A stretch of 64,000 bases of DNA from Planctomycetota bacterium (lineage in GTDB: Bacteria; Planctomycetota; PLA2; JAEUHO01). Made by a program: the position numbers and the translations under genes. The stretch covers positions 32,001 to 96,000 of the forward strand of contig JBFWRP010000001.1 in assembly GCA_050248855.1 (NCBI GenBank), read 5' to 3'. This document shows, piece by piece, positions 53,466 through 62,656 of the stretch; positions within the stretch are counted from its first letter, which is position 1, and the number at the start of each line of letters is the position of its first letter. The notes under the pieces were generated by a model, which did not search any database, had not been told where the DNA came from, and saw only the letters and a program-made list of their open reading frames with translations.

Positions 53466-53514
53466 TCCTCGCGGTCCTTGCGTCGTCGTCGTTGCGGAGC
53501 CAGGGCTCCCTCGT

Positions 53515-53532
53515 GCGAACCGACCGGTTCGC
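53515..53532 (-). promoter_or_regulatory. Putative bacterial SECIS hairpin
   Basis: Minus strand GCGAACC-GGTC-GGTTCGC: perfect 7-bp stem, loop 21 nt downstream of the in-frame TGA at 53547-53549. Confidence 0.7.
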
Positions 53533-54389
53533 TAGCGCTTGACGCTTCAGCCGAACGGCTGGGTCGTCGCCTCTTCGACGGGCTTGCCGGCACGCACTGC
53601 CGCGATCGCATCCTTGAGGTAGTCGCGGCGTTCGTCGCCCTCCAGGACCTCGTGCAGGTCGTTGTCGAGCGCGCCCCGGTAGCGGACCACACCGTCCTTG
53701 TCGACCAGGATGTAGTGGGGTGTGCTCGTTGCGCCCAGCGGCCCGCCCAGGGCGAAGTCGGGGTCCTGCAGCACGCGCAGCGGGAACCCGTAGCGCTCCT
53801 GGAACTTGCGGACGGCTTCCGCGTCATCGGGCTTGTTCACCAGGACGCCGAAGGCGCGAACGCCGGTGCTGGCCAAGGCGGCCTGCGTACGCTGGTTGAG
53901 CTTCTTGCACGTCGCACACTTGGGTGACCAGGCGATGTACACCGTCGGCTGGCCCGCGGCGCCGGCCACCCAGGACTTGAGGTCCTCGAGCGTCGTGAGG
54001 CTCGCGAGCTGCTCCTCCGTGGCGATCCGACCGACATGCGAGCCCGCGCGGTTGACCAGGGCCAGGAGCCGGTCCTCGTCGACCGCCCCGTCCTCGTCCT
54101 TGACGCCCGCGAGATCGCGCAGGGGCGTGCTCCACGGACAGTCGGCCCCCGCGCCGGCGTCGACAGCCACCTTGCGCACGAGGGCCTCCACGGCAGCGGC
54201 GGGAACATCGAGCGCGGCGCTGTCGAAGGCCTGGTCGTCGACGTCCTTGGTCTGGAGGCGGGGCAGCTTGTCCCCGATGGCCGTCGGCGCGGGCGGCGCC
54301 TCGGTGGCCGTCTCCTCCGCCGCGACGGGGGCAGCTCCGACGAGTGCCCAGACGAGGGCTGCGGCGAGCAGGTAGCGGATCGGCTTCAT
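53532..54389 (-). CDS. Secreted AhpC/TSA-redoxin family protein, probable selenoprotein (Sec281), with ACP-like insertion
   Basis: Signal peptide, CATC, TP...LVD..G.VRYRGALD, YLKDAI.A, then TQPFG-TGA-SVKR-TAG matching the family T.P.GCSIK motif. Confidence 0.85.
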
Positions 54390-54739
54390 GAATCACTCCT
54401 GGGAGGCGCATCGGCAACCCCGATTCCTGGGGGGGCGCCGTCAGCTGGGCCCCAGGGTACGCCCGGACCGCGGCCCGGCGGCAGTTCGGTGCGCCCCGCG
54501 GCCGTCGAGTCGTCCACCTGGGCGTCGGGCGCGCGGCGGACGGGCTTGGCCGCCCGCACCCACAGCACCATGACGGTGAGCAGCCCGAGGAAGGACCACA
54601 GCTCGACGTCGTTCCAGGCGAGGCGTCCGTGCGCCAAGCGATACAGCACGCGCAGCAACCAGAGCGTGCCGACGCCGGCCGCCACGTAGGCGATCGTCTT
54701 CCGTACCCGGTCCGCCGCTCGAGGAGAGAGGCCGCTCAT
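54386..54739 (-). CDS. Small hypothetical membrane protein (2 TM)
   Basis: ATG 54739 overlaps the rlmI stop; two hydrophobic helices; its stop overlaps the redoxin ATG. Confidence 0.6.
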   Translation of the reverse strand: MSGLSPRAADRVRKTIAYVAAGVGTLWLLRVLYRLAHGRLAWNDVELWSFLGLLTVMVLWVRAAKPVRRAPDAQVDDSTAAGRTELPPGRGPGVPWGPADGAPPGIGVADAPPRSDS

Positions 54740-55956
54740 GCCGAGTCGTCCTCGGGGTCCACGGCGAGCAGCCAGCCGGCCAGGTAGCGACCGACCTCGC
54801 CATCGCCCGCGCGCGGGTGATCGGGCCCGGCCTCCAAGGAACGCAGCACGCGGAAGCTGCGGCGGCAGTCGCGCGCCGCGCTGCGGACCGTCTCCAGCAG
54901 CTCGGCGGCGCCCATCCGTGCACTGCAGACGAACGTGGCGAGGACGCCGCCCCGAGCCGCGATGCGCCCGAGCGCCTTCACGTTGAGCTCGCGGTACGCC
55001 TTCCACGCCGCACGCGCCTCCCCGCGTCGCGGGAAGAAGCTCGGCGGGTCCACGACCACCACGTCGAACCGCCGCCGCTGGTCGCGCAGCAGGGCCAGCG
55101 CTTCGCGGACGTCCGCTACGTGGACCTCGAAACGATCGGCGGCGTCCGCCAGGGCGGCGTGCTCGCGGGCGCGCGCCACGCTGCGCTCGCTTGCATCGAC
55201 CGCGATGCTGCTGTCCGCACCCGCGCGGAGGGCCTGGACGGAGAAGCCTCCGGTGCCGGCGTAAAGGTCCAGCAGGGTGCGCCCCGCGCAAAGCTCGGCC
55301 ACGCGCAGGCGGTTCTCGCGTTGGTCCACGAAGTGACCGGTCTTCTGGCCGACGCGGGGCTCCACGACCAGGCGCATCCCCGCCTCCACGACGTCCACGC
55401 GCTCGGGGCACGGCTCGCCCAGCGCGAAGGCGGGGCCGCCCTCGTCCGCGTCGAGGCCCTCCTCGGCTTCGTAGCCCGAGGGCCTCGACACCAAGCAGCG
55501 GGCTCCGCTCGCACGCAGGAGGTGTGCACCGAGCGCCTCGCGCCGCGCCGCCATGGGCGCCGTCGCCCACTGCGCGACGAGCACGTCACCGTAGCGGTCC
55601 ACGACGAGCCCCGGCAGCCGGTCGCCTTCCGCGTGGACCAAGCGGTACGCGCTCGTGACGTCGGGATCGGGGAACAGCCGGGCCCGGAGCGCCACCGCGG
55701 CGTCGATGCGCGCGGCGAGCAGCGTGTCCACGTCCGGCCGGCTGGAGCCCCAGCAGAGGAGCCGCACGCGCAGCGCGCTGCCCGGGCTCTCCAGCCCGTA
55801 GCCGATGACGCGTCCCTCTTCGTCGTCGACGCGGACGACGTCGTCGTCGCCCGCGGCGTCGTCGTCGCGTGCGCCGACGACGCTCTGCGCATGCACCCAC
55901 GGGTGTCCATGCCAAAGGGGACGGGCATGTCCACGGCCCACGGTCAGGATGCGCAC
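54736..55956 (-). CDS. rlmI: 23S rRNA m5C1962 methyltransferase RlmI family
   Basis: GHPWV PUA domain, AEGDRLPGLVVDRY, GQKTGHFVDQRENR, VVDPPSF. Confidence 0.9.
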   Translation of the reverse strand: MRILTVGRGHARPLWHGHPWVHAQSVVGARDDDAAGDDDVVRVDDEEGRVIGYGLESPGSALRVRLLCWGSSRPDVDTLLAARIDAAVALRARLFPDPDVTSAYRLVHAEGDRLPGLVVDRYGDVLVAQWATAPMAARREALGAHLLRASGARCLVSRPSGYEAEEGLDADEGGPAFALGEPCPERVDVVEAGMRLVVEPRVGQKTGHFVDQRENRLRVAELCAGRTLLDLYAGTGGFSVQALRAGADSSIAVDASERSVARAREHAALADAADRFEVHVADVREALALLRDQRRRFDVVVVDPPSFFPRRGEARAAWKAYRELNVKALGRIAARGGVLATFVCSARMGAAELLETVRSAARDCRRSFRVLRSLEAGPDHPRAGDGEVGRYLAGWLLAVDPEDDSA

Positions 55957-55966
55957 GGCTCGCTCC

Positions 55967-57064
55967 TCATCGCGACCGCCGCCGCCCGAAGCGGGATCGC
56001 CAGGTCGCCAGCCACGCGGCCTCCTCGGCCTCGAGCGAACGCCCGAGGAGGCCCTCGACGGAGCCGGGCGAGCGGCCCGCCAACAGCTCGCGGACGGCGA
56101 CGAGAACGCGCGCGGTGCGCTCGGGGTCCTCGGCGGTGAGCAGCACGCTCATCCAGCTGGCGGTCTGGTCGTAGTGCCGGCCCTCGAAGTCGCGGGCCTC
56201 CCGCGCCACGAGGTCGCGAAGCGGGGCCCACTGCCCCATGAGCAGGCGGCGACGAAAGCGGCCGTAACGCGCGATGTTCGTGGGCCGCGATCCGCTGTCG
56301 CCGAGCTGCTCGGCGTGGATGGCGATCCCCTCCCACAGCCAGAACCACGGCTGGCCGAACGCTTGCCCCCGACGCCCCGGCGGTCGCGCGAGGTCCAGCA
56401 GCTGATGCGTCATCTCGTGCCGGAGGTCCGCGACCCACGGCAGCGCCCCACGCGGCGCGGGCTCCGCGCACACGTTCACGATGCCCGTGGAGGCGTCGTA
56501 GAAGGCGCCCCACCCGACCGGCCCGGCCACGCGATGGGCGAGGTGCAACGCGAACTCGTCGCGGTCGGCCATCAGCAACACGACGACCGCATCGGCGGGA
56601 AAGCGCAGGTCCAGCGCATCGCCCCACGCCTCGTACACGCGCACGACGTGCTGCTCGGCCTCGCGTGCGACCGCGAGCGCGAAGTCGTACGCGACGTTGG
56701 TCCTGAGGACGACGTGGTCCGTCCGCACGACGTAGCCTGCCTCGACGGGCGTCTCGGGCGGGAGCGGCTGCTCTCGCGGCACGAGGTCGGGACCGACGCG
56801 CACGAGGCCCTGCGCGTACGCCTCCGCGTCGTCGCGAGCCACGTAGTGGAGGTCGTCCACGCGCACCCATCCCGCCTCCAACGGATCGGGAGCGGCACGT
56901 GCTGGCAGGCGCTCGCCCTCGGCCCGCCACGCCGGAAGACCCGGCGACACGCGGTCGGGGTGCAGACGGCCGAGCGGAAGGCCTCGGCAGCCCCCGGCAG
57001 CCAGCACGAGCAGCCACGCACCAAGTAGTGCGCGGCGCCAGACGGAGAGCAGGATCGCAGGCAC
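55967..57064 (-). CDS. DUF1570-like zinc metallopeptidase lipoprotein
   Basis: Lipobox-like LAAGGC; HEMTHQLL and WLWEGIA gluzincin motifs; start set at GTG 57064. Confidence 0.75.
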   Translation of the reverse strand: MPAILLSVWRRALLGAWLLVLAAGGCRGLPLGRLHPDRVSPGLPAWRAEGERLPARAAPDPLEAGWVRVDDLHYVARDDAEAYAQGLVRVGPDLVPREQPLPPETPVEAGYVVRTDHVVLRTNVAYDFALAVAREAEQHVVRVYEAWGDALDLRFPADAVVVLLMADRDEFALHLAHRVAGPVGWGAFYDASTGIVNVCAEPAPRGALPWVADLRHEMTHQLLDLARPPGRRGQAFGQPWFWLWEGIAIHAEQLGDSGSRPTNIARYGRFRRRLLMGQWAPLRDLVAREARDFEGRHYDQTASWMSVLLTAEDPERTARVLVAVRELLAGRSPGSVEGLLGRSLEAEEAAWLATWRSRFGRRRSR

Positions 57065-57146
57065 GAGCGGACGAGTCTCGCCCGATCCCGCGGTCGGGCC
57101 GCTGTTTCGTCCGCGCCCAGGCCCAAGGCCGTACGATCTGCCGCCC

Positions 57147-57671
57147 ATGCCGGCCCGGCGCCCCCCCTCCCCCTCCGGTCGCGAGCGCCGGGCTGCCGAC
57201 GCCGGAGGCGCCAAGGCGCCGAAGAAGGTCCTCCTCGCGACCAACCGCAAGGCGCGTCACACCTACGCGATCTCGCAGACGCTGGAGGCGGGCCTGGTGC
57301 TGCTGGGCAGCGAAGTGCGCTCGCTGCGCAATGGCCGCGCCAGCATTGCCGAGGGGTACGCGCAGCTCCGCGGCCAGGAGCTGTGGTTGCTCGGGATCCA
57401 CATCCCGCCGCTGCCGCAGGCGGCCGGCTTCGGTCACGAGCCGCTGCGGCCGCGTCTGTGCCTCTTGCACAAGGCCGAGCTGCGCAAGTGGCACCGCCTG
57501 CTCGAGGCGCCGGGGACCACCGTGGTTCCGCTCTCGCTGTACTTCCTCGGGAGCAAGATCAAGGTCGAGCTGGGCTTGGCGACCGGTCGCGGCAAGGGGG
57601 ACCGCCGCGAGCGCGAGAAGGAGAAGGAGGCGCGGCGCGAGATCCGCGACGCCAGCCGCCGGGACCGCTGA
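57147..57671 (+). CDS. smpB: SsrA-binding protein
   Basis: NRKARH.Y, EAGLVL.GSEVRSLR, HEPLR.R..LLHK, T.VPL.LYF, KVELGLA.G, DRRE. Confidence 0.96.
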   Translation: MPARRPPSPSGRERRAADAGGAKAPKKVLLATNRKARHTYAISQTLEAGLVLLGSEVRSLRNGRASIAEGYAQLRGQELWLLGIHIPPLPQAAGFGHEPLRPRLCLLHKAELRKWHRLLEAPGTTVVPLSLYFLGSKIKVELGLATGRGKGDRREREKEKEARREIRDASRRDR

Positions 57672-57757
57672 CGCACCGACCGTCCCGCCTCCTGCAGAAT
57701 GCGCCCAGGTTCCGTCGTCGTATGCGCCGAAAGGTGTACGAGCGTCCCCGTCCCGCC

Positions 57758-59230
57758 ATGACCCTGACACCGCGCTATCGCCTGGGCCTCGCCCTGCTCG
57801 CCGCCCTCGCGGTGACGGACCTCTTCGTGTGGCTGTTCGTGCTGCCGGCCCGCCGCGGAAGCGCGGTGGCCGCGTCCGACACGCGCTTTGCCGCTTGGGA
57901 GCCCGAGGCGCCCCCCGACGAGCCCCTACCGGGGGCCGCGACCGCCGCCGGCTCGGGCCTGCGCGGCAGCGGGGACGGTCGCCCGGCCTCCTCGCGTCCC
58001 GCCGACCGGGACGGCGGCCCGGCGCCGCGCATGGAGCTGGTCGGCGCGCGCGTGGAGCTTCGTGCTGCGCTGGGTCGCCAGCCGACGGACTGGAACCGGA
58101 TCCGCGAGGTGCTCGCGGCTCGCCCCGACGCGCTCGACGACGAGCTCGTGGAGACGCTGCTCGAGCGCTTCGAGGAGGCACCGCTGGGGCGCGGACTGGT
58201 CGAAGCCTTCGCCGAGGCGCGCCATCCGAAGCTGTTCGACGAGCTGCTGGCGATCGCCGAGGAGCAGCTCGGCCGCGGCACGCTCGGCCAGATGGCCCTC
58301 GAGGCCCTCGGGGCCCTTCCCGACGTCGATCCTTCGCGCGCCGTCGATGCGATCGCGCCCCACTTGGGGGATGACCCCCGCGAGGACGCCCCCTGGCTGA
58401 CCGCGCTCGCGCGCCTGGGCGGAGAGCCGGGGCTCGCCACGCTCGTGCAGTACCTGGCCCGTAGCGACCATCCGGAGCGCATTCCCCAGAGCGCGGTGCA
58501 GGGGCTTCGCGTCGCGGACCGCGCGGCGGCCGGGCGCGTGTTGGCGGAGGCGTTCGAAGCCGCGCGCTCGGACGACGAGCGCGCCGTGCTTGCTCTCGTG
58601 GCCGGTGCCGTGAAGGCCGAAGGGCTCGAGCCCCGCCTGGTGGAGCTGCTGACCTCGACGGAGCAGGCCCACGTCGCAACGAACAGCGCACGCGCCCTGG
58701 CCGAGCAGCGGACCGCATCTGCCGTGGACGCCCTGGTCCGCGTGGGGCGATCCGACGGACCTGGCGCGCCGCAAGCGCGCTCCGCCCTGAACCAGATGCG
58801 CGGTGGCGAGATCGAACCCGATGCGCTGGATCGCCTGCGCGATCTGCTGCGCGAGGATGCGCCGTCGGCCACCACGATCATGGTCCAAGGCATCGCCATG
58901 GGGGTCCTCGGTGCGCAAGGCGACCTCTCGTCCCTGCCCCTCGTGGGCGAGCGCGTGGCCGCCGACGACGAAGCCGTGGCCGCTCCGGCCATCACGGCAC
59001 TCGGGGCCTATGGGGCGCACGCGCGCGGCGAGGTCGGCCGCCTCGTGGCGCGCTTCGATCGCTCGTCCGCGCCGGTGCAGGCCTCGATCGTGCAGGCCCT
59101 CGGGCGGATCGGAGGCGGAGACGCCGTCGAGGCGCTGCGCGGCTGGAGCGAGTCCAGCTCCACCCCTGCAACCCTGCGCAACCACATCCTGCATGCCTTG
59201 CGCGGAGCGCGTACGGTCGGCGGGCCGTAG
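57758..59230 (+). CDS. Membrane-anchored HEAT-repeat protein
   Basis: N-terminal TM helix; repeats such as ALARLGGE, AITALGAYG, VQALGRIGG; start set at ATG 57758. Confidence 0.72.
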   Translation: MTLTPRYRLGLALLAALAVTDLFVWLFVLPARRGSAVAASDTRFAAWEPEAPPDEPLPGAATAAGSGLRGSGDGRPASSRPADRDGGPAPRMELVGARVELRAALGRQPTDWNRIREVLAARPDALDDELVETLLERFEEAPLGRGLVEAFAEARHPKLFDELLAIAEEQLGRGTLGQMALEALGALPDVDPSRAVDAIAPHLGDDPREDAPWLTALARLGGEPGLATLVQYLARSDHPERIPQSAVQGLRVADRAAAGRVLAEAFEAARSDDERAVLALVAGAVKAEGLEPRLVELLTSTEQAHVATNSARALAEQRTASAVDALVRVGRSDGPGAPQARSALNQMRGGEIEPDALDRLRDLLREDAPSATTIMVQGIAMGVLGAQGDLSSLPLVGERVAADDEAVAAPAITALGAYGAHARGEVGRLVARFDRSSAPVQASIVQALGRIGGGDAVEALRGWSESSSTPATLRNHILHALRGARTVGGP

Positions 59231-59254
59231 AGGCCGACGCCGCGGCGCACGGAC

Positions 59255-59575
59255 CTAGGGGAGGGGCCGGAAGTGCGGGAAGCGGCGCGTGGACTCGGCG
59301 AGGTCGGCGAGCGGGGGGAAATCGGCGACCTCCCCCATCTCGTTCCAGAGCGCCCCGACGACGGGGTGCTCATGGGCCTTCTGCGCCGCGTCGGCGTCCT
59401 TCCATTCGAAGATCTCGAGGATGGCGCCGTCGCTGCTGCGCGCCAACACGAACGGTCGATCGGTCACGAGCCCCGCCGCGACCAACGCGGGGCGGTGGCG
59501 CGCGACGAGGGCGTCCAGCGCGGCCTCGCGGCCACGGCGCGGACGGTAGATGGCGATGACGATCTCGCTTCCCAT
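59255..59575 (-). CDS. Small conserved hypothetical protein (dimeric alpha+beta barrel-like)
   Basis: IVIAIYRPR.GRE..L..L...H...L...GLVT.R...LEIFEW...AHEHP.V..LW; coding-like codon usage. Confidence 0.7.
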   Translation of the reverse strand: MGSEIVIAIYRPRRGREAALDALVARHRPALVAAGLVTDRPFVLARSSDGAILEIFEWKDADAAQKAHEHPVVGALWNEMGEVADFPPLADLAESTRRFPHFRPLP

Positions 59576-59655
59576 GGGGTCGGGATGATACTCGACGGCG
59601 CCATGGCCTCCCGCTTCCGCGTTCGCGTCCCCACCCGCCTCGGCCGAGCCTCGCC

Positions 59656-60447
59656 GTGAAGCGTGTCGTGGGCATCGACGTGGTCGAGGACCGCACCGAC
59701 GGCGCGCGCTGCGACGAGGGCTTCCTGCACCTGCGCCGCCTGCGTCTTGCCAACGTCTACGCCGACGGCACCCGCTCGGCGCCCTACGCCTGCGACGTCG
59801 TGACGCGGCGCCATGCCGACGCGGTCGCCGTGGCGCTCTACGACCACGACTCGGCGGGCCAGGTCCTCGTGTTGCTCCGCGCGGGCCTCAGGCCGCCGGT
59901 CGCGCTGCGCGGGAAGCGCCACGATCTCGTCCAGCCGGACCCGCGGACCTGGTTGCTGGTGCCGGAGGTCGTGGCGGGTGTCCTGGAAGACGACGACCGG
60001 GGCGCCGACGGCTTGCTCCGCCGCGCCCGCCTGGAGATCGCGGAAGAGGCTGGCCTCGACGTGCCGTTGGAGGCCATCGCCGTCCTGGGAGGGGCCTTCT
60101 TCCCCATGCCCGGAGCCGCCGAGGAGCGCGTCCACGTCGTGGCGGCGCCGTTCGACGCCGCGGCCCCGCGTGCGCCGACGGGTGACGGCAGTCCCATGGA
60201 GGAGGGCGGCCAGCTCATCGTGCTGCCGCTGGACGAAGCGATCCGCCGCTGTCGGCGCGGTGACGTGCCGGACGCGAAGAGCGAGATCGCGCTGCTGCGC
60301 CTGGCCGACCGCCTGGGCTACAGCGTGCACCACGGCCGACGCTGGTCGGACCTTCCCGCGGATGCGCAGCCCTCGGCAAGTCGGTGTGCGTGGCTGCTCG
60401 GCGACGACGTCAGGCAAACAGGTCCAGCTGCCCCGTCGGAAGCGTGA
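59656..60447 (+). CDS. NUDIX hydrolase (ADP-ribose pyrophosphatase-like)
   Basis: DAVAV, EVVAGVLE...RARLEIAEEAG Nudix box, FFPMPG...E, DAKSEI. Confidence 0.85.
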   Translation: MKRVVGIDVVEDRTDGARCDEGFLHLRRLRLANVYADGTRSAPYACDVVTRRHADAVAVALYDHDSAGQVLVLLRAGLRPPVALRGKRHDLVQPDPRTWLLVPEVVAGVLEDDDRGADGLLRRARLEIAEEAGLDVPLEAIAVLGGAFFPMPGAAEERVHVVAAPFDAAAPRAPTGDGSPMEEGGQLIVLPLDEAIRRCRRGDVPDAKSEIALLRLADRLGYSVHHGRRWSDLPADAQPSASRCAWLLGDDVRQTGPAAPSEA

Positions 60448-61336
60448 TGGCGGCCAGCTCGGGGTAGTGCCGGACGAGGCTGGCCGGGACGGGGCGCTTC
60501 CTGCCGTCCGTCCGGAACGCCAGCTGCAACGACGCGGCGATCGCCTGGCCCCGCGGGTGGTTGTTGGCGATCACGACGGTCCGTTCGCTCGACGCCGCGA
60601 TGGCTCGGATGCGCGTGGCAAGCGCGTCGAGCGACGACGCGTCGTAGTGGTGGTCGTAGCGTGCGTCGCGACCGATGCCCGGCGTGAACCACGTGCGGTC
60701 GTTGCGACCATGGAGGCGCAGGTACCCCCAGGTCCCGAACCCGGGGGTGTCGTCGGGCAGGTGGTCCGGGGAGGCCGGCCAGTCCAGATGGACCCGGGAA
60801 GCCCCCGTGGCCGCGAGCGCCTCGAGCACGTCGGGCTCGGCATGGCTTGCGTGTCGAAGCTCCAAGGCCACGGCGTGGGGCGCGAGGGCGTCGACGAGGT
60901 GGCGCAGGCGATCCACCTGCTGGCGCGTCGCGCGCGCGTGGGCGGGCAGCTGGACCAGGACGCCCGCCAGTCGTCCGATGGCGGCGAGCGGCGTCAACGA
61001 CGCCACGAAGGGGGCCAGGTCCCGGGGCGTGACGCCGGCACCCTCGTGGGAGACGTCCCGCGGCGCCTTGACGACGACGATCAGCCGGGGGTGGCGCGCC
61101 ACGACCTCGGCCCAGCGGGCCACGACCTCGACCGGGACCGGGCGGTAGAAGGTCACGTTGACCTCGATCGCATCCACCAGACGGGCGACGGCGTCCAGCA
61201 ACGGGGGCCCGCTGCGCAGCGTCGCCGGGTGCACGATGCCGGCCCAGTCCGGATAGGACCACCCGGCGACGCCGACGTGGAGCGCGGCGCGCAGGGAGGC
61301 GGGAAACGTCGTCGCAGATGGCCGGTCCACGCCCAC
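60410..61336 (-). CDS. DUF72 family protein
   Basis: GVAGWSYPDW.G, IEVNVTFYR, LVQLP, ELRHAS, YLRLHGRN, NNHPRG. Confidence 0.92.
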   Translation of the reverse strand: MGVDRPSATTFPASLRAALHVGVAGWSYPDWAGIVHPATLRSGPPLLDAVARLVDAIEVNVTFYRPVPVEVVARWAEVVARHPRLIVVVKAPRDVSHEGAGVTPRDLAPFVASLTPLAAIGRLAGVLVQLPAHARATRQQVDRLRHLVDALAPHAVALELRHASHAEPDVLEALAATGASRVHLDWPASPDHLPDDTPGFGTWGYLRLHGRNDRTWFTPGIGRDARYDHHYDASSLDALATRIRAIAASSERTVVIANNHPRGQAIAASLQLAFRTDGRKRPVPASLVRHYPELAAITLPTGQLDLFA

Positions 61337-61359
61337 CAGGGAACGGGCCCCAGGCGCGG

Positions 61360-61402
61360 CTGCAACAAGATTTCCCGCCTCCGTACCGCGTCCGTACCGC
61401 GT
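61360..61402. repeat. Single family A arm with 11-bp tandem duplication
   Basis: 61360-61387 is identical to 52962-52989; CCGTACCGCGT occurs at 61381-61391 and 61392-61402. Confidence 0.85.
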
Positions 61403-61488
61403 TCGGGGTCCAAGGCCCGGTTCCGCTTGCCTTGGGCGGCGGTGCCAGCCGATGGTGAAGCGCGGCTGCCTCGCGGCAGCGCTCGACC

Positions 61489-62643
61489 ATGGGCCCCTCC
61501 CGCACCCCCACCGCGTGGCATGTCGCCGCGATCGACGACCTGGACACGCTGGCGGCCTGGGGCCCGGCGTGGGACGACCTCGCCCTGCGTACGCGACCGG
61601 CGCAGCCGACGCTCTCCTACAGCTGGGTCCGCGCCCAGCTGGAGCACCTCCAGCCGGCCGGCACGCCGTGGTGCGTCACGTTCGCAAGCCGCGGTACGCG
61701 CGTCGTGGGTGTGTTGCCGTTGGTCCGCGCCGCCGGAGCGCGGGGAGTCGGCCGCTGGCTCCCCGTCCTGCGCTCCCTGGCCGACGACCACACACCCATC
61801 GCAGGACCGCTGCTGGGCGAGGTCGACGACCCGCACCATGTGCTGGAGCTGCTCGTCCGGGCCCACTTCCAGCGCCGCCCCCATCCCGCTTCCATCGTGC
61901 TCGAGGGTCTCACGGCGTGGTCGCCGGCCTCGATCGCCTTGCGCGAGGGGCTCCCACCGTGGCGCGTCCAGCGCTTTGCCGACGTCGCCGAGGGCAGCAC
62001 GGTCGACGCGCGCGTGCCCTACGCCGAGCACCTCGCGGCGCTGAGCGGCAACGCGCGCTCCCAGCTGCGCCGGGCGGCCAAGGCGATCGGCCGGCAGGGT
62101 CGCCTGCGCTTCGAGATCGAAGACGGTCGCGAACGCTTCGCGGAGCGCTTCGAGGCGTACAAGGCGCTGGAAGCCAGCGGCTGGAAGGGGCGTGCCGGAA
62201 CCGCGCTCGCCCATCGTCCGCGCGACGAGGCCTTCTTCCGCGCGCTCTACGGCCGTCTCGCGAATGCGGGCCACCTGCGCTGGCACCTGCTGTCGGCCGG
62301 TGAGCAGCCCGTGGCCATGGAGGTCATCGTGCGCTTCGGACGCCGCGTCGTCGTGCACAAGGTCGCCTACGACGAGATGTGGCGTTCTTCGAGCCCGGGC
62401 CACGTCGTGTGGTCCCACACGTTGGAGGCCGCCTGCGAGGACCCCGGCATCCGCACCGTGGACCTGCTCACCTACGACTCCCTGGCCGATCGCTGGAAGG
62501 CCGTGCCCTACCCGTACGACCGGGTCCTGATCCACCGCACGGGACTCGTGCCCCTGCTCTTCGCGCACGCGCCCTCCAAGGCGCGTGCCGCGGTCCGCCG
62601 CTGGAGCGAACGTTGGCGCGAGCGCCAGGGGAACGTGACGTGA
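61489..62643 (+). CDS. GNAT family N-acetyltransferase (CelD/BcsL-like)
   Basis: W..L, VGVLPL, LSGNARSQLRR, LEASGWKG..GT, KVAYDE...SSPGHV. Confidence 0.85.
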   Translation: MGPSRTPTAWHVAAIDDLDTLAAWGPAWDDLALRTRPAQPTLSYSWVRAQLEHLQPAGTPWCVTFASRGTRVVGVLPLVRAAGARGVGRWLPVLRSLADDHTPIAGPLLGEVDDPHHVLELLVRAHFQRRPHPASIVLEGLTAWSPASIALREGLPPWRVQRFADVAEGSTVDARVPYAEHLAALSGNARSQLRRAAKAIGRQGRLRFEIEDGRERFAERFEAYKALEASGWKGRAGTALAHRPRDEAFFRALYGRLANAGHLRWHLLSAGEQPVAMEVIVRFGRRVVVHKVAYDEMWRSSSPGHVVWSHTLEAACEDPGIRTVDLLTYDSLADRWKAVPYPYDRVLIHRTGLVPLLFAHAPSKARAAVRRWSERWRERQGNVT

Positions 62644-62656
62644 TGCCGCGCGGCCG

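Noticed and set aside
53112..53550. Integrative element or prophage at the ssrA 3' end
   Set aside because: No integrase nearby and no duplicated ssrA 3' end seen. The CCCGCCTCC shared with family A arms is too short to be an att site.
60410..60447. Convergent 38-bp overlap of NUDIX and DUF72 as an antisense system
   Set aside because: Short 3' overlaps are common in GC-rich genomes; nothing else supports a regulatory role.
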